Shown one piece after another: positions 46,996 to 56,923 of a stretch of DNA of 64,000 nucleotides. The translations under genes and the position numbers were made by a program. Position 1 is the stretch's first letter. Every line of letters begins with the position of its first letter. The notes under the pieces were generated by a model, which worked only from the letters and a program-made list of their open reading frames with translations, had not been told where the DNA came from and did no database searches. Source of the stretch: Verrucomicrobiota bacterium (GTDB lineage Bacteria; Verrucomicrobiota; Verrucomicrobiia; Opitutales; UBA953); contig JBEEKW010000008.1 of assembly GCA_041168485.1 (NCBI GenBank), positions 563-64,562 on the forward strand. Direction: 5' to 3'.

Positions 46996-48171
46996 TTAGG
47001 AAAGGCGGTTCTTGTAGTCCGCGTAGCCGAAGCGGCGCACAACCTGAGTCTGGCCTGAGGCGGGGTCAAAGCTGGCGATCGCCGGGAGGGGCACGCCGTT
47101 GAACGTCGTATTCTTGACGAACGTGTAGTGCGACATGTCCATGAAGACGAGGCGCTGGCCGATTTTAAGCGGGGAAGGGAAGGAGTAGTCTCCGATGACG
47201 TCGCCAGCCAGGCAGGTCACGCTGCCGAGGCGGTAGGTGTGGGGCAGCTTGCCCGGGAGGTCGGCGTCCATGATGTCGGCGCGGTAGGGCATCTCCAAGG
47301 TGTCCGGCATGTGGTTGGTCGCCGAGATGTCGATGATGGCGATGTCCATCCCGTTATGGACCAAGTCGAGGACGGTGCCCACCAGGACACCGGTGCCGAT
47401 ACCGATGGCTTCACCTGGCTCTAGGTAGACCTGGATATGCTGGCCCCAGCGCTGGCGGAATCCTGTGATGATGCGGACGAGGCGGTCGAGGTCGTAGCCC
47501 TCGCGGGTGATGTGGTGGCCGCCGCCGAAGTTGACCCACTTCAGTTGCGGGATGAACTCGCCGAACTTCGCTTCGAAGGCCGCGACCGTGCGCTCGAGGA
47601 CGTCCGAGCCCTGCTGGCACATCGTGTGGAAGTGGAGCCCCTCGAGGCCGTCGAGGTCGGCGGCCGACTTGATCTCAGAGCGGAGGGTGCCGAGGCGGGA
47701 GCCGGCGGCGCAAGGGTTATAGAGTTCGACGTCTACTTCGGCGTGCTCCGGGTTGACGCGGAGGCCGAAGGAGATCTTGCGGCCAGCAGCCAGGGCGGCG
47801 GCCTTGTGGCGCTTCCATTGCGTCGGCGAATTAAAGGAGATGTGATCCGCCACGCGCAGCAGATCCGCGAACTCCTCGTCCTTGAAGGCCGGCGAGTAGG
47901 CGTGGACTTCTCCGCAGAACTCCTCGCGACCGAGGAGGGCTTCGTGGATGCCGCTCGCCGTGGTGCCCACGAGATACTTCGAGATCAGCTTCGCCTCGCT
48001 GAACTGGGCGAAGCCCTTGAGCGCGAGGAGGATTTTGGCGCCCGAGCGGTCCATCACCGAGCGCAGGATGCGGAGGTTCTGTTCCAGCAGGCCGCGATGG
48101 AGGACGTGGCAAGGGCTCGGGACCTGGCTCAGGTCGACCTTGCGGAAAGCTTCAGTGAGTGCGTCGGACAC
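46996..48171 (-). CDS. nspC: Carboxynorspermidine/carboxyspermidine decarboxylase
   Basis: Orn/DAP/Arg decarboxylase-like fold: LALKGF (PLP Lys), HFHTMC and NFGGGHH. Start placed at GTG 48171 (MSDALTEAFRKVDLS), because the track ORF extends through the upstream gene. Confidence 0.8.
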   Translation of the reverse strand: MSDALTEAFRKVDLSQVPSPCHVLHRGLLEQNLRILRSVMDRSGAKILLALKGFAQFSEAKLISKYLVGTTASGIHEALLGREEFCGEVHAYSPAFKDEEFADLLRVADHISFNSPTQWKRHKAAALAAGRKISFGLRVNPEHAEVDVELYNPCAAGSRLGTLRSEIKSAADLDGLEGLHFHTMCQQGSDVLERTVAAFEAKFGEFIPQLKWVNFGGGHHITREGYDLDRLVRIITGFRQRWGQHIQVYLEPGEAIGIGTGVLVGTVLDLVHNGMDIAIIDISATNHMPDTLEMPYRADIMDADLPGKLPHTYRLGSVTCLAGDVIGDYSFPSPLKIGQRLVFMDMSHYTFVKNTTFNGVPLPAIASFDPASGQTQVVRRFGYADYKNRLS

Positions 48172-48210
48172 GATGGTGAAATTGGGAGCGTCGGGGGGCG
48201 GTGCAAACGA

Positions 48211-48240
48211 AAAGCCCGCTTTGCAGCGGGCTTTGGTTTG
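48211..48240 (-). terminator. Terminator-like hairpin between the two polyamine genes
   Basis: The minus strand reads AAAGCCCGC-tgcaaa-GCGGGCTTT followed by TCGTTTG. Confidence 0.5.
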
Positions 48241-48245
48241 GTCGT

Positions 48246-49445
<1,200 letters not shown>

Positions 49446-49590
49446 GAGGTGATTGATTTCTGTCCACTCGGGACGGAGGGGGAAGCAAAAAGGATGCACA
49501 GTCCCGCCAAGGGCGGGTGACGCTCAGGCAACAGCGTCCGGGCAGCCCTTTCCGGACCGGTGGACCGGTCGGAAAGTAAGCCCTTTTGGC

Positions 49591-49667
49591 TGGCGGGATG
49601 GACGAGACTCGAACTCGCGACCTCCGCAGTGACAGTGCGGCGCTCTAACCAACTGAGCTACCACCCC
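49591..49667 (-). tRNA. tRNA-Asp (anticodon GTC), CCA encoded
   Basis: Reverse complement: GGGGTGGTAGCTCAGTTGGTTAGAGCGCCGCACTGTCACTGCGGAGGTCGCGAGTTCGAGTCTCGTCCATCCCGCCA. It folds as a cloverleaf with anticodon loop CTGTCAC, a GTTCGAGTC T-loop and a 7-bp acceptor stem with one G-U pair. Confidence 0.95.
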
Positions 49668-49734
49668 GGTAGCCAAAAGGAAGGGTAAGAAAGGTTTCCG
49701 GGAGGGGGTCTGTCAAACGGAAAACCGACCCAAA

Positions 49735-50994
49735 TTAGCCCCTAACTTGACCTTGGCCGACGATTTCGAACTTCCAGGTGGTCAATTCACGAATACCCAT
49801 GGGGCCGCGGGCGTGGAGGCGGTCGGTGGAGATGCCGACTTCGGCCCCGAAGCCAAACTCGCCCCCGTCCGTGAAGCGGGTGCTGGCGTTCCAGTAGACA
49901 CACGCGCTGTCGATCTGGGCGAGGAAGGAGCGGGCGGCGGACTCGTCGGCCGTGATGATGGCGTCAGAGTGGTGGGAGCCGTAGTCTTCGATGTGGGCGA
50001 CTGCCTCGGCGAGACCAGCGACGACCTTCACATTGAGGATGAGGCCGAGGTGCTCGGTGCGGAAATCTTGTTCAGTCGCAGCCTTCGCGCCGGGCATCAG
50101 TGACTGAGACTTCGCGCAGGCGCGGACCTCGGTCTGCTTCGCGGCGAGCGCGGTAGCCATCTTCGGGAGGAATTTCTCGGCGACGGCGGCGTCAACGAGT
50201 AAGGTCTCGAGGGCGTTACAGGCGCTGGGGCGCTGGCACTTCGCGTTGAGTACGATCTGTTCGGCCATCGCGAGGTCGGCCTGCGCGTGGACGTAGACGT
50301 GGCAGATGCCCGCGTCATGCTTGATGACGGGTACCTTGGCGGAATTGACCACCGCCTCGATGAGGCCAGGGCCGCCGCGGGGGATGATGATATCGACGAT
50401 GCCGCGGAGGGAGCCGAGGGCGGGCACCGCTTCGCGGTCCGTGAAGGGAAGGAGCGTAACGGCTTCGGCGGGCAGGCCAGCGGCGCGCAGGCCGGTCGCG
50501 AACGACTTCGACAGCGCGATGTTCGTGTGGATTGCTTCGCTGCCACCGCGGAGTACGCAACCGTTGCCGGACTTCAGGCAGAGCGCGGCGGCGTCGACGG
50601 TGACATTGGGGCGCGATTCGAAGATGATGGCGACGAGGCCAATGGGGACGCGGCGGCGGATGATGCGTAGACCATTGGGGCGGGTCCAATCCTCGGTGAC
50701 TTCGCCGACGGGGTCAGGGAGTTTTGCGACCGCTTCGCAGGCGACAGCGATATCTTCTAGGCGGGCGTGGTCGAGGCGAAGGCGGTCGGTCATCGCGTCC
50801 GTGAGGCCTTTGGCCTGGGCGGCGGCGAGATCCTTGGCGTTGGCTTCGAGAATCGTGGCTTCGTCGGCGCGGAGGGCCTGGGCGGCGGCACAGAGGGCGG
50901 CGTCGCGGACGGCGGACGGGGCGAGGGCGAGGGCACGCGAGGCCTTCTTGGCTGTGCGGGCAATCTCCGTCACGCGATGGAGGAGGTCGCTCAT
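49735..50994 (-). CDS. proA: Glutamate-5-semialdehyde dehydrogenase
   Basis: IFESRPNVTVDAA, LRGGSEA and CNALETLLV motifs. ATGA overlap with proB. Confidence 0.9.
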   Translation of the reverse strand: MSDLLHRVTEIARTAKKASRALALAPSAVRDAALCAAAQALRADEATILEANAKDLAAAQAKGLTDAMTDRLRLDHARLEDIAVACEAVAKLPDPVGEVTEDWTRPNGLRIIRRRVPIGLVAIIFESRPNVTVDAAALCLKSGNGCVLRGGSEAIHTNIALSKSFATGLRAAGLPAEAVTLLPFTDREAVPALGSLRGIVDIIIPRGGPGLIEAVVNSAKVPVIKHDAGICHVYVHAQADLAMAEQIVLNAKCQRPSACNALETLLVDAAVAEKFLPKMATALAAKQTEVRACAKSQSLMPGAKAATEQDFRTEHLGLILNVKVVAGLAEAVAHIEDYGSHHSDAIITADESAARSFLAQIDSACVYWNASTRFTDGGEFGFGAEVGISTDRLHARGPMGIRELTTWKFEIVGQGQVRG

Positions 50995-51761
50995 TTCTTC
51001 TTCAGCGAAAAGCGCGTACCGAGCTTTTTGCCGGCGGCGAGTTCGAGCAGGACACCTTCGCGGCGGCCGCTGGCGATGATCGTGTCGACGCCGCCTTCAG
51101 CCGCGATTTCGGCGGCGAGTAGTTTCGTGACCATGCCGCCGACGTTACGTTCGGAACCGGCGCCGCCGGCGAGGGCGCGCACGGAGTCGTCGATCTTGCG
51201 GACGGAAGGGATGAGGTCGCCGGTACCGTCGGACTTCGTCATCAGGCCAGGGATGCCGGAAAGAATAATCAGCAGGTCAGCGCCGACGAGCGCGGCGACG
51301 TGGGCCGAGAGGCGGTCGTTGTCGCCGACTTTAATCTCTTCATCGGCGATGGCGTCGTTCTCGTTGATGATCGGGATGAAGCGCTTGCGGGCGAGGAGCA
51401 GGTCGATGGTCGCGCGGGCGTTGCGGGTGCAGGCACGGCTGTCGAGGTCCCAGTAGGTGAGCAGCATCTGCGCGCCGAGCAGCTTATGGCGGCGGAGGTG
51501 CTTACCGTATTCCGACATTAGCTCGGGCTGACCGACGGTGGCGCAGGCCTGGAGCTCGCGGGCTTCCTTAGGGCGTTTCTCGAGGCCCATGGCGGTCATG
51601 CCCGCGGCGACGGCGCCGGAGGTCACCAGAATGACTTGGATGCCACGCTTATGCAGGCCGGCGACCTGATCGACGATACGGCTAATCTGGACGCGGTCGA
51701 CCTTGCCGTCCTTGCGGGTGAGGAGGCCGGAACCGAGCTTGATGACCCATCGTTTTGCCAT
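50991..51761 (-). CDS. proB: Glutamate 5-kinase (short form without PUA domain)
   Basis: WVIKLGSGLLT, VILVTSGAVAAG, IINENDAIA and DNDRLSA. Confidence 0.9.
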   Translation of the reverse strand: MAKRWVIKLGSGLLTRKDGKVDRVQISRIVDQVAGLHKRGIQVILVTSGAVAAGMTAMGLEKRPKEARELQACATVGQPELMSEYGKHLRRHKLLGAQMLLTYWDLDSRACTRNARATIDLLLARKRFIPIINENDAIADEEIKVGDNDRLSAHVAALVGADLLIILSGIPGLMTKSDGTGDLIPSVRKIDDSVRALAGGAGSERNVGGMVTKLLAAEIAAEGGVDTIIASGRREGVLLELAAGKKLGTRFSLKKK

Positions 51762-51823
51762 GGCTTTGAGAGGTCGACCTTAGCCGAGGGAAAACGCCGT
51801 TGTCCAGCGTCAGAACAGCGACC

Positions 51824-52852
51824 TCAGAACGAAGGCGGCTGCAGGCCCACGGCCAGCCAGCCTTTCGGGGCTAGGACACGACCCTGTGGGGTGCGCACGA
51901 CGTAACCTTCCTGCACGAGGAATGGCTCATGGACTTCCTCGAGCGTGTGGGCGTCTTCGCCGATGGCGGCGCCGATGCTGCTCAGTCCGACTGGTCCACC
52001 GTTATGCTTCTCGGCCATCGCGCGAAGGAAGCGGTGGTCCATGTCGTCGAGTCCGTGCTGATCGATCTCGAGGAGCTCGAGGGCGGCGGCGGTGACCGCG
52101 GCGTTCGCCTTACCGCCGGCGCGTTCGAGGGCGTAGTCGCGCGTGAAGCGCAGCAGGTTGTTGACGATGCGGGGCGTACCGCGGGCGCGGCGGGCGATCT
52201 CATCGGCGCCGCCTTGGTCGATGTCGAGACTGAGAAGGTCGGCATTACGGCGCACAATGCTGAGCAGCTGTTCGCGGGTGTAGTAGTCGAGGCGCGTCTG
52301 CAGCGTGAAGCGGCTGCGCAGCGGAGCGGTGAGTAGGCCCGTGCGCGTGGTTGCACCAACGAGCGTGAATTTCGGGAGGTCGAGGCGCACGCTGCGCGCG
52401 TTTGGACCTTGATCGATCATGATGTCGATACGGAAGTCCTCCATCGCTGAGTAGAGGAACTCCTCGACCGTCTTCGGGATGCGGTGGATCTCGTCGATGA
52501 AGAGCAGGTCGCCTTCCTGCAGGCTCGTGAGCAGCCCTGCGAGGTCGGAGGCTTTCTCGACAACAGGTCCGGAGGTCACGCGGATTGGACGGCCCATCTC
52601 TTCGGCGAGGATCATCGCGAGGGTCGTCTTGCCGAGGCCGGGCGGGCCGTGGAGGAGAATATGGTCGAGCGTGCGGCCTTCACGGCGCGCGGCGCCAATC
52701 ATCACGCGAAGGCGTTCGACCGTGCGCTGCTGGCCGACAAAGTCGTCGAGCTTCGGCGGGCGTAGCGCGGCGTCCAGCGAGCGGTTCGCGCGCGACGCGG
52801 CTTCCTTGCCGGCGAGCGGCTGGGGGTCATCGGGCGAATCCTTGCGGGCCAT
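51824..52852 (-). CDS. ruvB: Holliday junction branch migration helicase RuvB
   Basis: LRPPKLDDFVGQ, LLHGPPGLGKTTLA, LFIDEIHR and ATTRTGLLTAPLRSRF. Start taken at ATG 52852 (MARKDSP). Confidence 0.9.
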   Translation of the reverse strand: MARKDSPDDPQPLAGKEAASRANRSLDAALRPPKLDDFVGQQRTVERLRVMIGAARREGRTLDHILLHGPPGLGKTTLAMILAEEMGRPIRVTSGPVVEKASDLAGLLTSLQEGDLLFIDEIHRIPKTVEEFLYSAMEDFRIDIMIDQGPNARSVRLDLPKFTLVGATTRTGLLTAPLRSRFTLQTRLDYYTREQLLSIVRRNADLLSLDIDQGGADEIARRARGTPRIVNNLLRFTRDYALERAGGKANAAVTAAALELLEIDQHGLDDMDHRFLRAMAEKHNGGPVGLSSIGAAIGEDAHTLEEVHEPFLVQEGYVVRTPQGRVLAPKGWLAVGLQPPSF

Positions 52853-52890
52853 AGAGCGCAAGGTGCGGGCTCGGGACGAATTGGCAACCC

Positions 52891-54183
52891 TCAGTCCTCG
52901 GCGAAGCCTTTCGGCAGCTCGGAGGCGGGAAGGCGTTCGACGTCGGCACCCAGGGAGCGCAGGCGTTCCTCGAAGCGTTCGTAGCCGCGGTCGAGGTGGT
53001 AGAGGCGTTGGACCCACGTCTCGCCCTTGGCAATCAGCGCGGCGAGAATCAGGGCGGCGGAGGCGCGGAGATCGGAGGCCATGACCGGCGCACCGGAAAG
53101 TGGGCGGTCGCCGTAAATCGCGGCGGTGGCGCCATCGATGGCGATCTCGGCGCCCATGCGCTGGAGTTCGGCGGCGTGCATGAAGCGGGCCGGGTAGATT
53201 TTCTCGGTCACCGTGCTGCGTCCGTCGACGAGGAGCTGCAGGGCCATGAACTGCGCCTGCAGGTCGGTCGGGAAGCCTGGATAGGGTTCGGTGATGATCT
53301 CGACGGAGTTCGTCGGCTTACCGTGGGCGCGGATGAAGTCGGGGCCAGTCTCGACTTGGACGCCCGCTTCGCGGAGCTTATCGAGGAAGGCCGTGAGGTG
53401 CGACGGGTCGCAGTGTGTCACCGTGACATCGCCGCCCGTGATCGCGCCAGCGACGAGATAGGTGCCGGCTTCGATGCGGTCGGCGATGACCGTGTGATCG
53501 CAGCCGTGGAGTGAAGCGACGCCTTCGACTTCGATGACGCTTGTGCCATGGCCGGTGATCTTCGCGCCCATCTGGATGAGCATCATGCAGAGGTCGACGA
53601 CCTCCGGTTCGCGGGCGGCGCATTCGATACGCGTGATGCCGGGCGTGAGCGTGGCGGCCATCACGATGTTGGCCGTACCGAGGACTGTACTGCCCATCGG
53701 GCCGCCCATGAAGACCATGTCACCACGGGCGCGGGAGGCGTCGACTTGGACGAGGCCGGCTTCGACGGTGACGACGCAGCCGAGGGCTTCGAGGCCTTTC
53801 AGGTGGAGGTCGATGGGGCGGGGTCCGATGACACAGCCGCCGGGGATGGCCATCTCCGCTTGGCGGAGGCGACCGATGAGTGAGCCCAGTAGGCAGACCG
53901 ACGCGCGCATTTTGCGGACGAGGTCGTAGGGCGTGCGGTGCGAGATTTGTTCGGCACGAATCGTCCAGACACCTGGCGCCGGGTTAGTGACGACGGCGCC
54001 TTGATGGCCGAGGATCTCCGCCATGTAGCGGACATCGCTGAGGTCGGGCACATTACGCAGCGTCACCGTCTCGCCCGTGAGGAGCGAAGCGGCGAGCAAG
54101 GGCAGCGAAGCGTTCTTCGAACCGGCGGCGCGGACCGTGCCTTTCAGCACGTGACCACCGCGGATGCGCGCGACCTGGAGCAT
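52891..54183 (-). CDS. murA: UDP-N-acetylglucosamine 1-carboxyvinyltransferase
   Basis: GTVRAAGSKNASLPLLAASLL, the PGGCVIGPRPIDLH active-site Cys loop, and YHLDRGYE. Confidence 0.9.
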   Translation of the reverse strand: MLQVARIRGGHVLKGTVRAAGSKNASLPLLAASLLTGETVTLRNVPDLSDVRYMAEILGHQGAVVTNPAPGVWTIRAEQISHRTPYDLVRKMRASVCLLGSLIGRLRQAEMAIPGGCVIGPRPIDLHLKGLEALGCVVTVEAGLVQVDASRARGDMVFMGGPMGSTVLGTANIVMAATLTPGITRIECAAREPEVVDLCMMLIQMGAKITGHGTSVIEVEGVASLHGCDHTVIADRIEAGTYLVAGAITGGDVTVTHCDPSHLTAFLDKLREAGVQVETGPDFIRAHGKPTNSVEIITEPYPGFPTDLQAQFMALQLLVDGRSTVTEKIYPARFMHAAELQRMGAEIAIDGATAAIYGDRPLSGAPVMASDLRASAALILAALIAKGETWVQRLYHLDRGYERFEERLRSLGADVERLPASELPKGFAED

Positions 54184-54228
54184 GTCGGGTAAAAGAAGCG
54201 GGGGCGCCGATTGGCGCCCCCGTTATGT

Positions 54229-55179
54229 TCAGCCTTCGCGAGGACCGTTGCGAGGACCGCGGTCGCCGCGGAATTCACCGCGACCTCCACGGGAACCATC
54301 ACGGGAGCCTTCACGGCCACCGCGGGAACCCCCGCGGAATTCGCCGCGACCACGTCCACCGCGCTGACCGCGATCGGAGCGTTCGCCGCGGTGTTCGCCG
54401 CGAGGCTGCTGGGTGCGGGCGGAGGGGACGAACACGGCCTTGTTAGGCACGCCGAACAGGGTAGCGAGCTTGCGCTTCAGCGAGGCCCAGAAGCCGATGG
54501 GGGCCTGGACCGGGATGACGACGGGCTCAATCTGGATGCGAGGACGGTCTTCGCGACGCGGGCGGTCTTCACGACGAGGACCACGATCGCCTTCGGAGCG
54601 CGGACCACGATTGCCTTCGGGGCGGGGGCCACGGTCACCTTCACGACGAGGACCACGGTCGCCTTCGGCACGCGGTTCACGACGAGGGCGGTCGCCCTGC
54701 GGGATGCCGGGCTGGCGGCCTTCTTCGGTGAAGCCTTCGGGACGGCGTTCACGCGGTTCGCGACGGGGACCAGGCTCGCCTTCGGCGCGCGGTTCACGGC
54801 GTTCACGCGGTTCACGCTGCTCGCGCTGTTCCGGAGCGGCCGACTGGGCGCGATCGCCCGAGAGGTTCTCGGTCAGCTGAGACGGGTCTTCGACGACTCC
54901 GCAGGTTGGGCGGGCAGCCTGACCATTGGCGGCCGACGGAACGGCGCCACGGGGCGTACCACGGCGACCGAACTGCTTCGGCGTCGTGATGGTGCCGGGC
55001 TTGGCGGCGGGTTCGGACGAGGCCCCGATCACGGAGAGCGGAGGGAGTTCCGCGTGGGCGGACTCCAGCTTGGCTTCGTTGAGGCGGGGTGCGGGAGTGC
55101 GGACTTCATTGGCGCCTGCGTCCGCGGCGGGCTGGTGGGGGGAGACTGGCTCCTGGCCCTGGGTTTCTTCTTGGCTCAT
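54229..55179 (-). CDS. Arg/Gly/Glu/Pro-rich intrinsically disordered protein with tandem octapeptides and an RGG-type C-terminal tail
   Basis: It lies on the same strand as all flanking genes and has GC3-rich codons in this frame. A single hydrophobic island IQIEPVVIPVQAPIGFWASLKRKLATLFGVP is present. The plus-strand ORF 54211..55335 is judged a shadow. Confidence 0.65.
   Translation of the reverse strand: MSQEETQGQEPVSPHQPAADAGANEVRTPAPRLNEAKLESAHAELPPLSVIGASSEPAAKPGTITTPKQFGRRGTPRGAVPSAANGQAARPTCGVVEDPSQLTENLSGDRAQSAAPEQREQREPRERREPRAEGEPGPRREPRERRPEGFTEEGRQPGIPQGDRPRREPRAEGDRGPRREGDRGPRPEGNRGPRSEGDRGPRREDRPRREDRPRIQIEPVVIPVQAPIGFWASLKRKLATLFGVPNKAVFVPSARTQQPRGEHRGERSDRGQRGGRGRGEFRGGSRGGREGSRDGSRGGRGEFRGDRGPRNGPREG
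54578..54673. repeat. Four tandem 24-bp units (coding; EGD/NRGPRx octapeptides)
   Basis: ggaccacgatcgccttcggagcgc / ggaccacgattgccttcggggcgg / gggccacggtcaccttcacgacga / ggaccacggtcgccttcggcacgc. Confidence 0.85.
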
Positions 55180-55372
55180 GTTGCTTATGTTGGGGCGGCC
55201 TTCGTTGTGGCCGACCGGATGATGCGGCCGTTCCGTTGTGGAGCGGCGACGCGGTTTGTCGGACCCTTGGTGACGGAGGACGAACCTCCTTGGGGTGCCG
55301 AAATGACCCGGGAGAGACTCCCGGAAAGAATGTGAATAATTATCCCCTCTGGCTTAACAACAAGAAAGTCCC

Positions 55373-56809
55373 TCAGCGGGCCTCTTCAGTGAACCTTTGT
55401 TCACGAATGAGCACGATTTTGACCGTTCCTTGGTAGGAAAGCGTTTCTTCCACCTTAAGCCGGAGGCGGCGGGCGAGTTCGGTGGCGCCGAAGTCGTCGA
55501 TCTTGACCGGGTCGACGATCACCCGGAGTTCGCGGCCGGACTGGAAGGCGTAGGCCTCCCGGACCCCTTCGAACGAGAGGGCGACCTCTTCCAGGCGGCG
55601 GACGCGTTGGGCGTAGGACTCCAGGGTGGAGGAGCGGGCGCCGGGGCGGGAGCCAGAGGCGGCATCGGCGATCATCACCAACGGAGCGTAAAGGCTTTCG
55701 GCTTCGACTTCGCGGTGGTGGGCGGCGACGGCGTTGACCACGCGGAGATCTTCGCCGAGGCGGCGGAGGAGGGCGGCGCCGGCAAGGGCGTGGCTGCTGC
55801 CTGCTTCGGCTTCAATCGCCTTGCCAAGGTCATGCAGCAAGCCGGCACGTTTCGCCGGGATCGGGTCGATGCCGATCTCTGCGGCGAGCATCGCGCAGAG
55901 CTGCGCGACTTCGATCGAGTGCGAGAGCGTATTCTGATTGGCGGAGAGGCGGAAATGGAGGCGGCCTAAGAGTTCTTCGACGGCGGCGTCCATCGGCGGC
56001 AGGCCGAGATCGCGGACCGCGTCGCGTCCCAGGCGTCGGGCGTGCTTCACCACTTCGGCACCAGCGTCGCGGACGCTGTCTTCGATGAGTCCCGGCGAGA
56101 TGCGGCCATCTTTCACGATGCGTTCGAGCGCAATGCGCGCGATCTCGCGGCGGACTGGGTCAAAGCAGGAAACCATTGCTAATCCAGGGGTTTCGTCGAT
56201 GAGCAGCGTCGCGCCCGTGGACTGTTCGAAGGTGCGGATGTTCCGGCCTTCGCGGCCGATGAGGCGCCCCTTCATGTCTTCATTGGGGAGCGAGACCGTG
56301 ATCGCCGTCGCATCCTGAGTCGTTGAGGTTGTGAGGCGTTGCATCGCCGAGAGCAGCTTGCGGCGCGCTTCGTCGTCGATGTCCTGTTCGACCTGATCGA
56401 GCAGGCCGCGGCGGAGGTGCTGGGCTTCCTCGCCGTATTCTTCGCGAAGGTGGTCGATGAGCAGTTCGCGCGCCTGTTCCGGCGTAACCTTGGCGAGTCG
56501 TTGGAGTTCGCGGACCAGGTGGTCGCGCTGACGCGCGTTCTCGCGGGAAAGGTCGGCGGCGGCTTCGACTTCGACTTCGGCGGCGGTCTTCATCCTGGCC
56601 GCCTCGCTCTTTTCGGCTTCGGCCTTCGCGTGGAGTTCGGCGGCGTCGACGGTGGCTTCGCGGCGGGCGAGCTCGACCTCGGAGCGGAGGCGGGCGTCGC
56701 GGATCGCACCGAGGGTGTTCTCGCGCCATTTCGCGACCGCATAGGCCACAATGGCTCCAGAGGAGAACGCCACGGCGGCGAGGATGCTTTGGTCGGCTGC
56801 CACAGGCAT
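55373..56809 (-). CDS. rny: Ribonuclease Y
   Basis: N-terminal TM helix, a coiled coil, a KH domain (GRLIGREGRNIRTFE) and an HD domain (HSIEVAQLCAMLA...LLHDLGK). Start taken at ATG 56809. Confidence 0.9.
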   Translation of the reverse strand: MPVAADQSILAAVAFSSGAIVAYAVAKWRENTLGAIRDARLRSEVELARREATVDAAELHAKAEAEKSEAARMKTAAEVEVEAAADLSRENARQRDHLVRELQRLAKVTPEQARELLIDHLREEYGEEAQHLRRGLLDQVEQDIDDEARRKLLSAMQRLTTSTTQDATAITVSLPNEDMKGRLIGREGRNIRTFEQSTGATLLIDETPGLAMVSCFDPVRREIARIALERIVKDGRISPGLIEDSVRDAGAEVVKHARRLGRDAVRDLGLPPMDAAVEELLGRLHFRLSANQNTLSHSIEVAQLCAMLAAEIGIDPIPAKRAGLLHDLGKAIEAEAGSSHALAGAALLRRLGEDLRVVNAVAAHHREVEAESLYAPLVMIADAASGSRPGARSSTLESYAQRVRRLEEVALSFEGVREAYAFQSGRELRVIVDPVKIDDFGATELARRLRLKVEETLSYQGTVKIVLIREQRFTEEAR

Positions 56810-56923
56810 GTTCGTCGCGAAAACCGGAGGTCCGGGGGGATACCCTTGCGGACGGAGCCCCTTCGGCAAGCCCTTTCGGGAGGTTCGCCTTGCCTCCGGC
56901 CCCTAATCGAGGTTGCCTCCGGC

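Noticed and set aside
54578-54673. 24-bp tandem repeats as a possible CRISPR or VNTR array
   Set aside because: The units are contiguous with no spacers, lie in frame inside a coding region and encode an octapeptide repeat. They are not a CRISPR array.
54211-55335. 374-aa plus-strand ORF opposite the RGG-protein gene
   Set aside because: Repetitive GC-rich DNA keeps both strands open. All neighbours are on the minus strand. The minus frame has a normal N-terminus, GC3-biased codons and a hydrophobic island, while the plus frame is a T/A/F/G-rich mirror. This remains to be confirmed experimentally.
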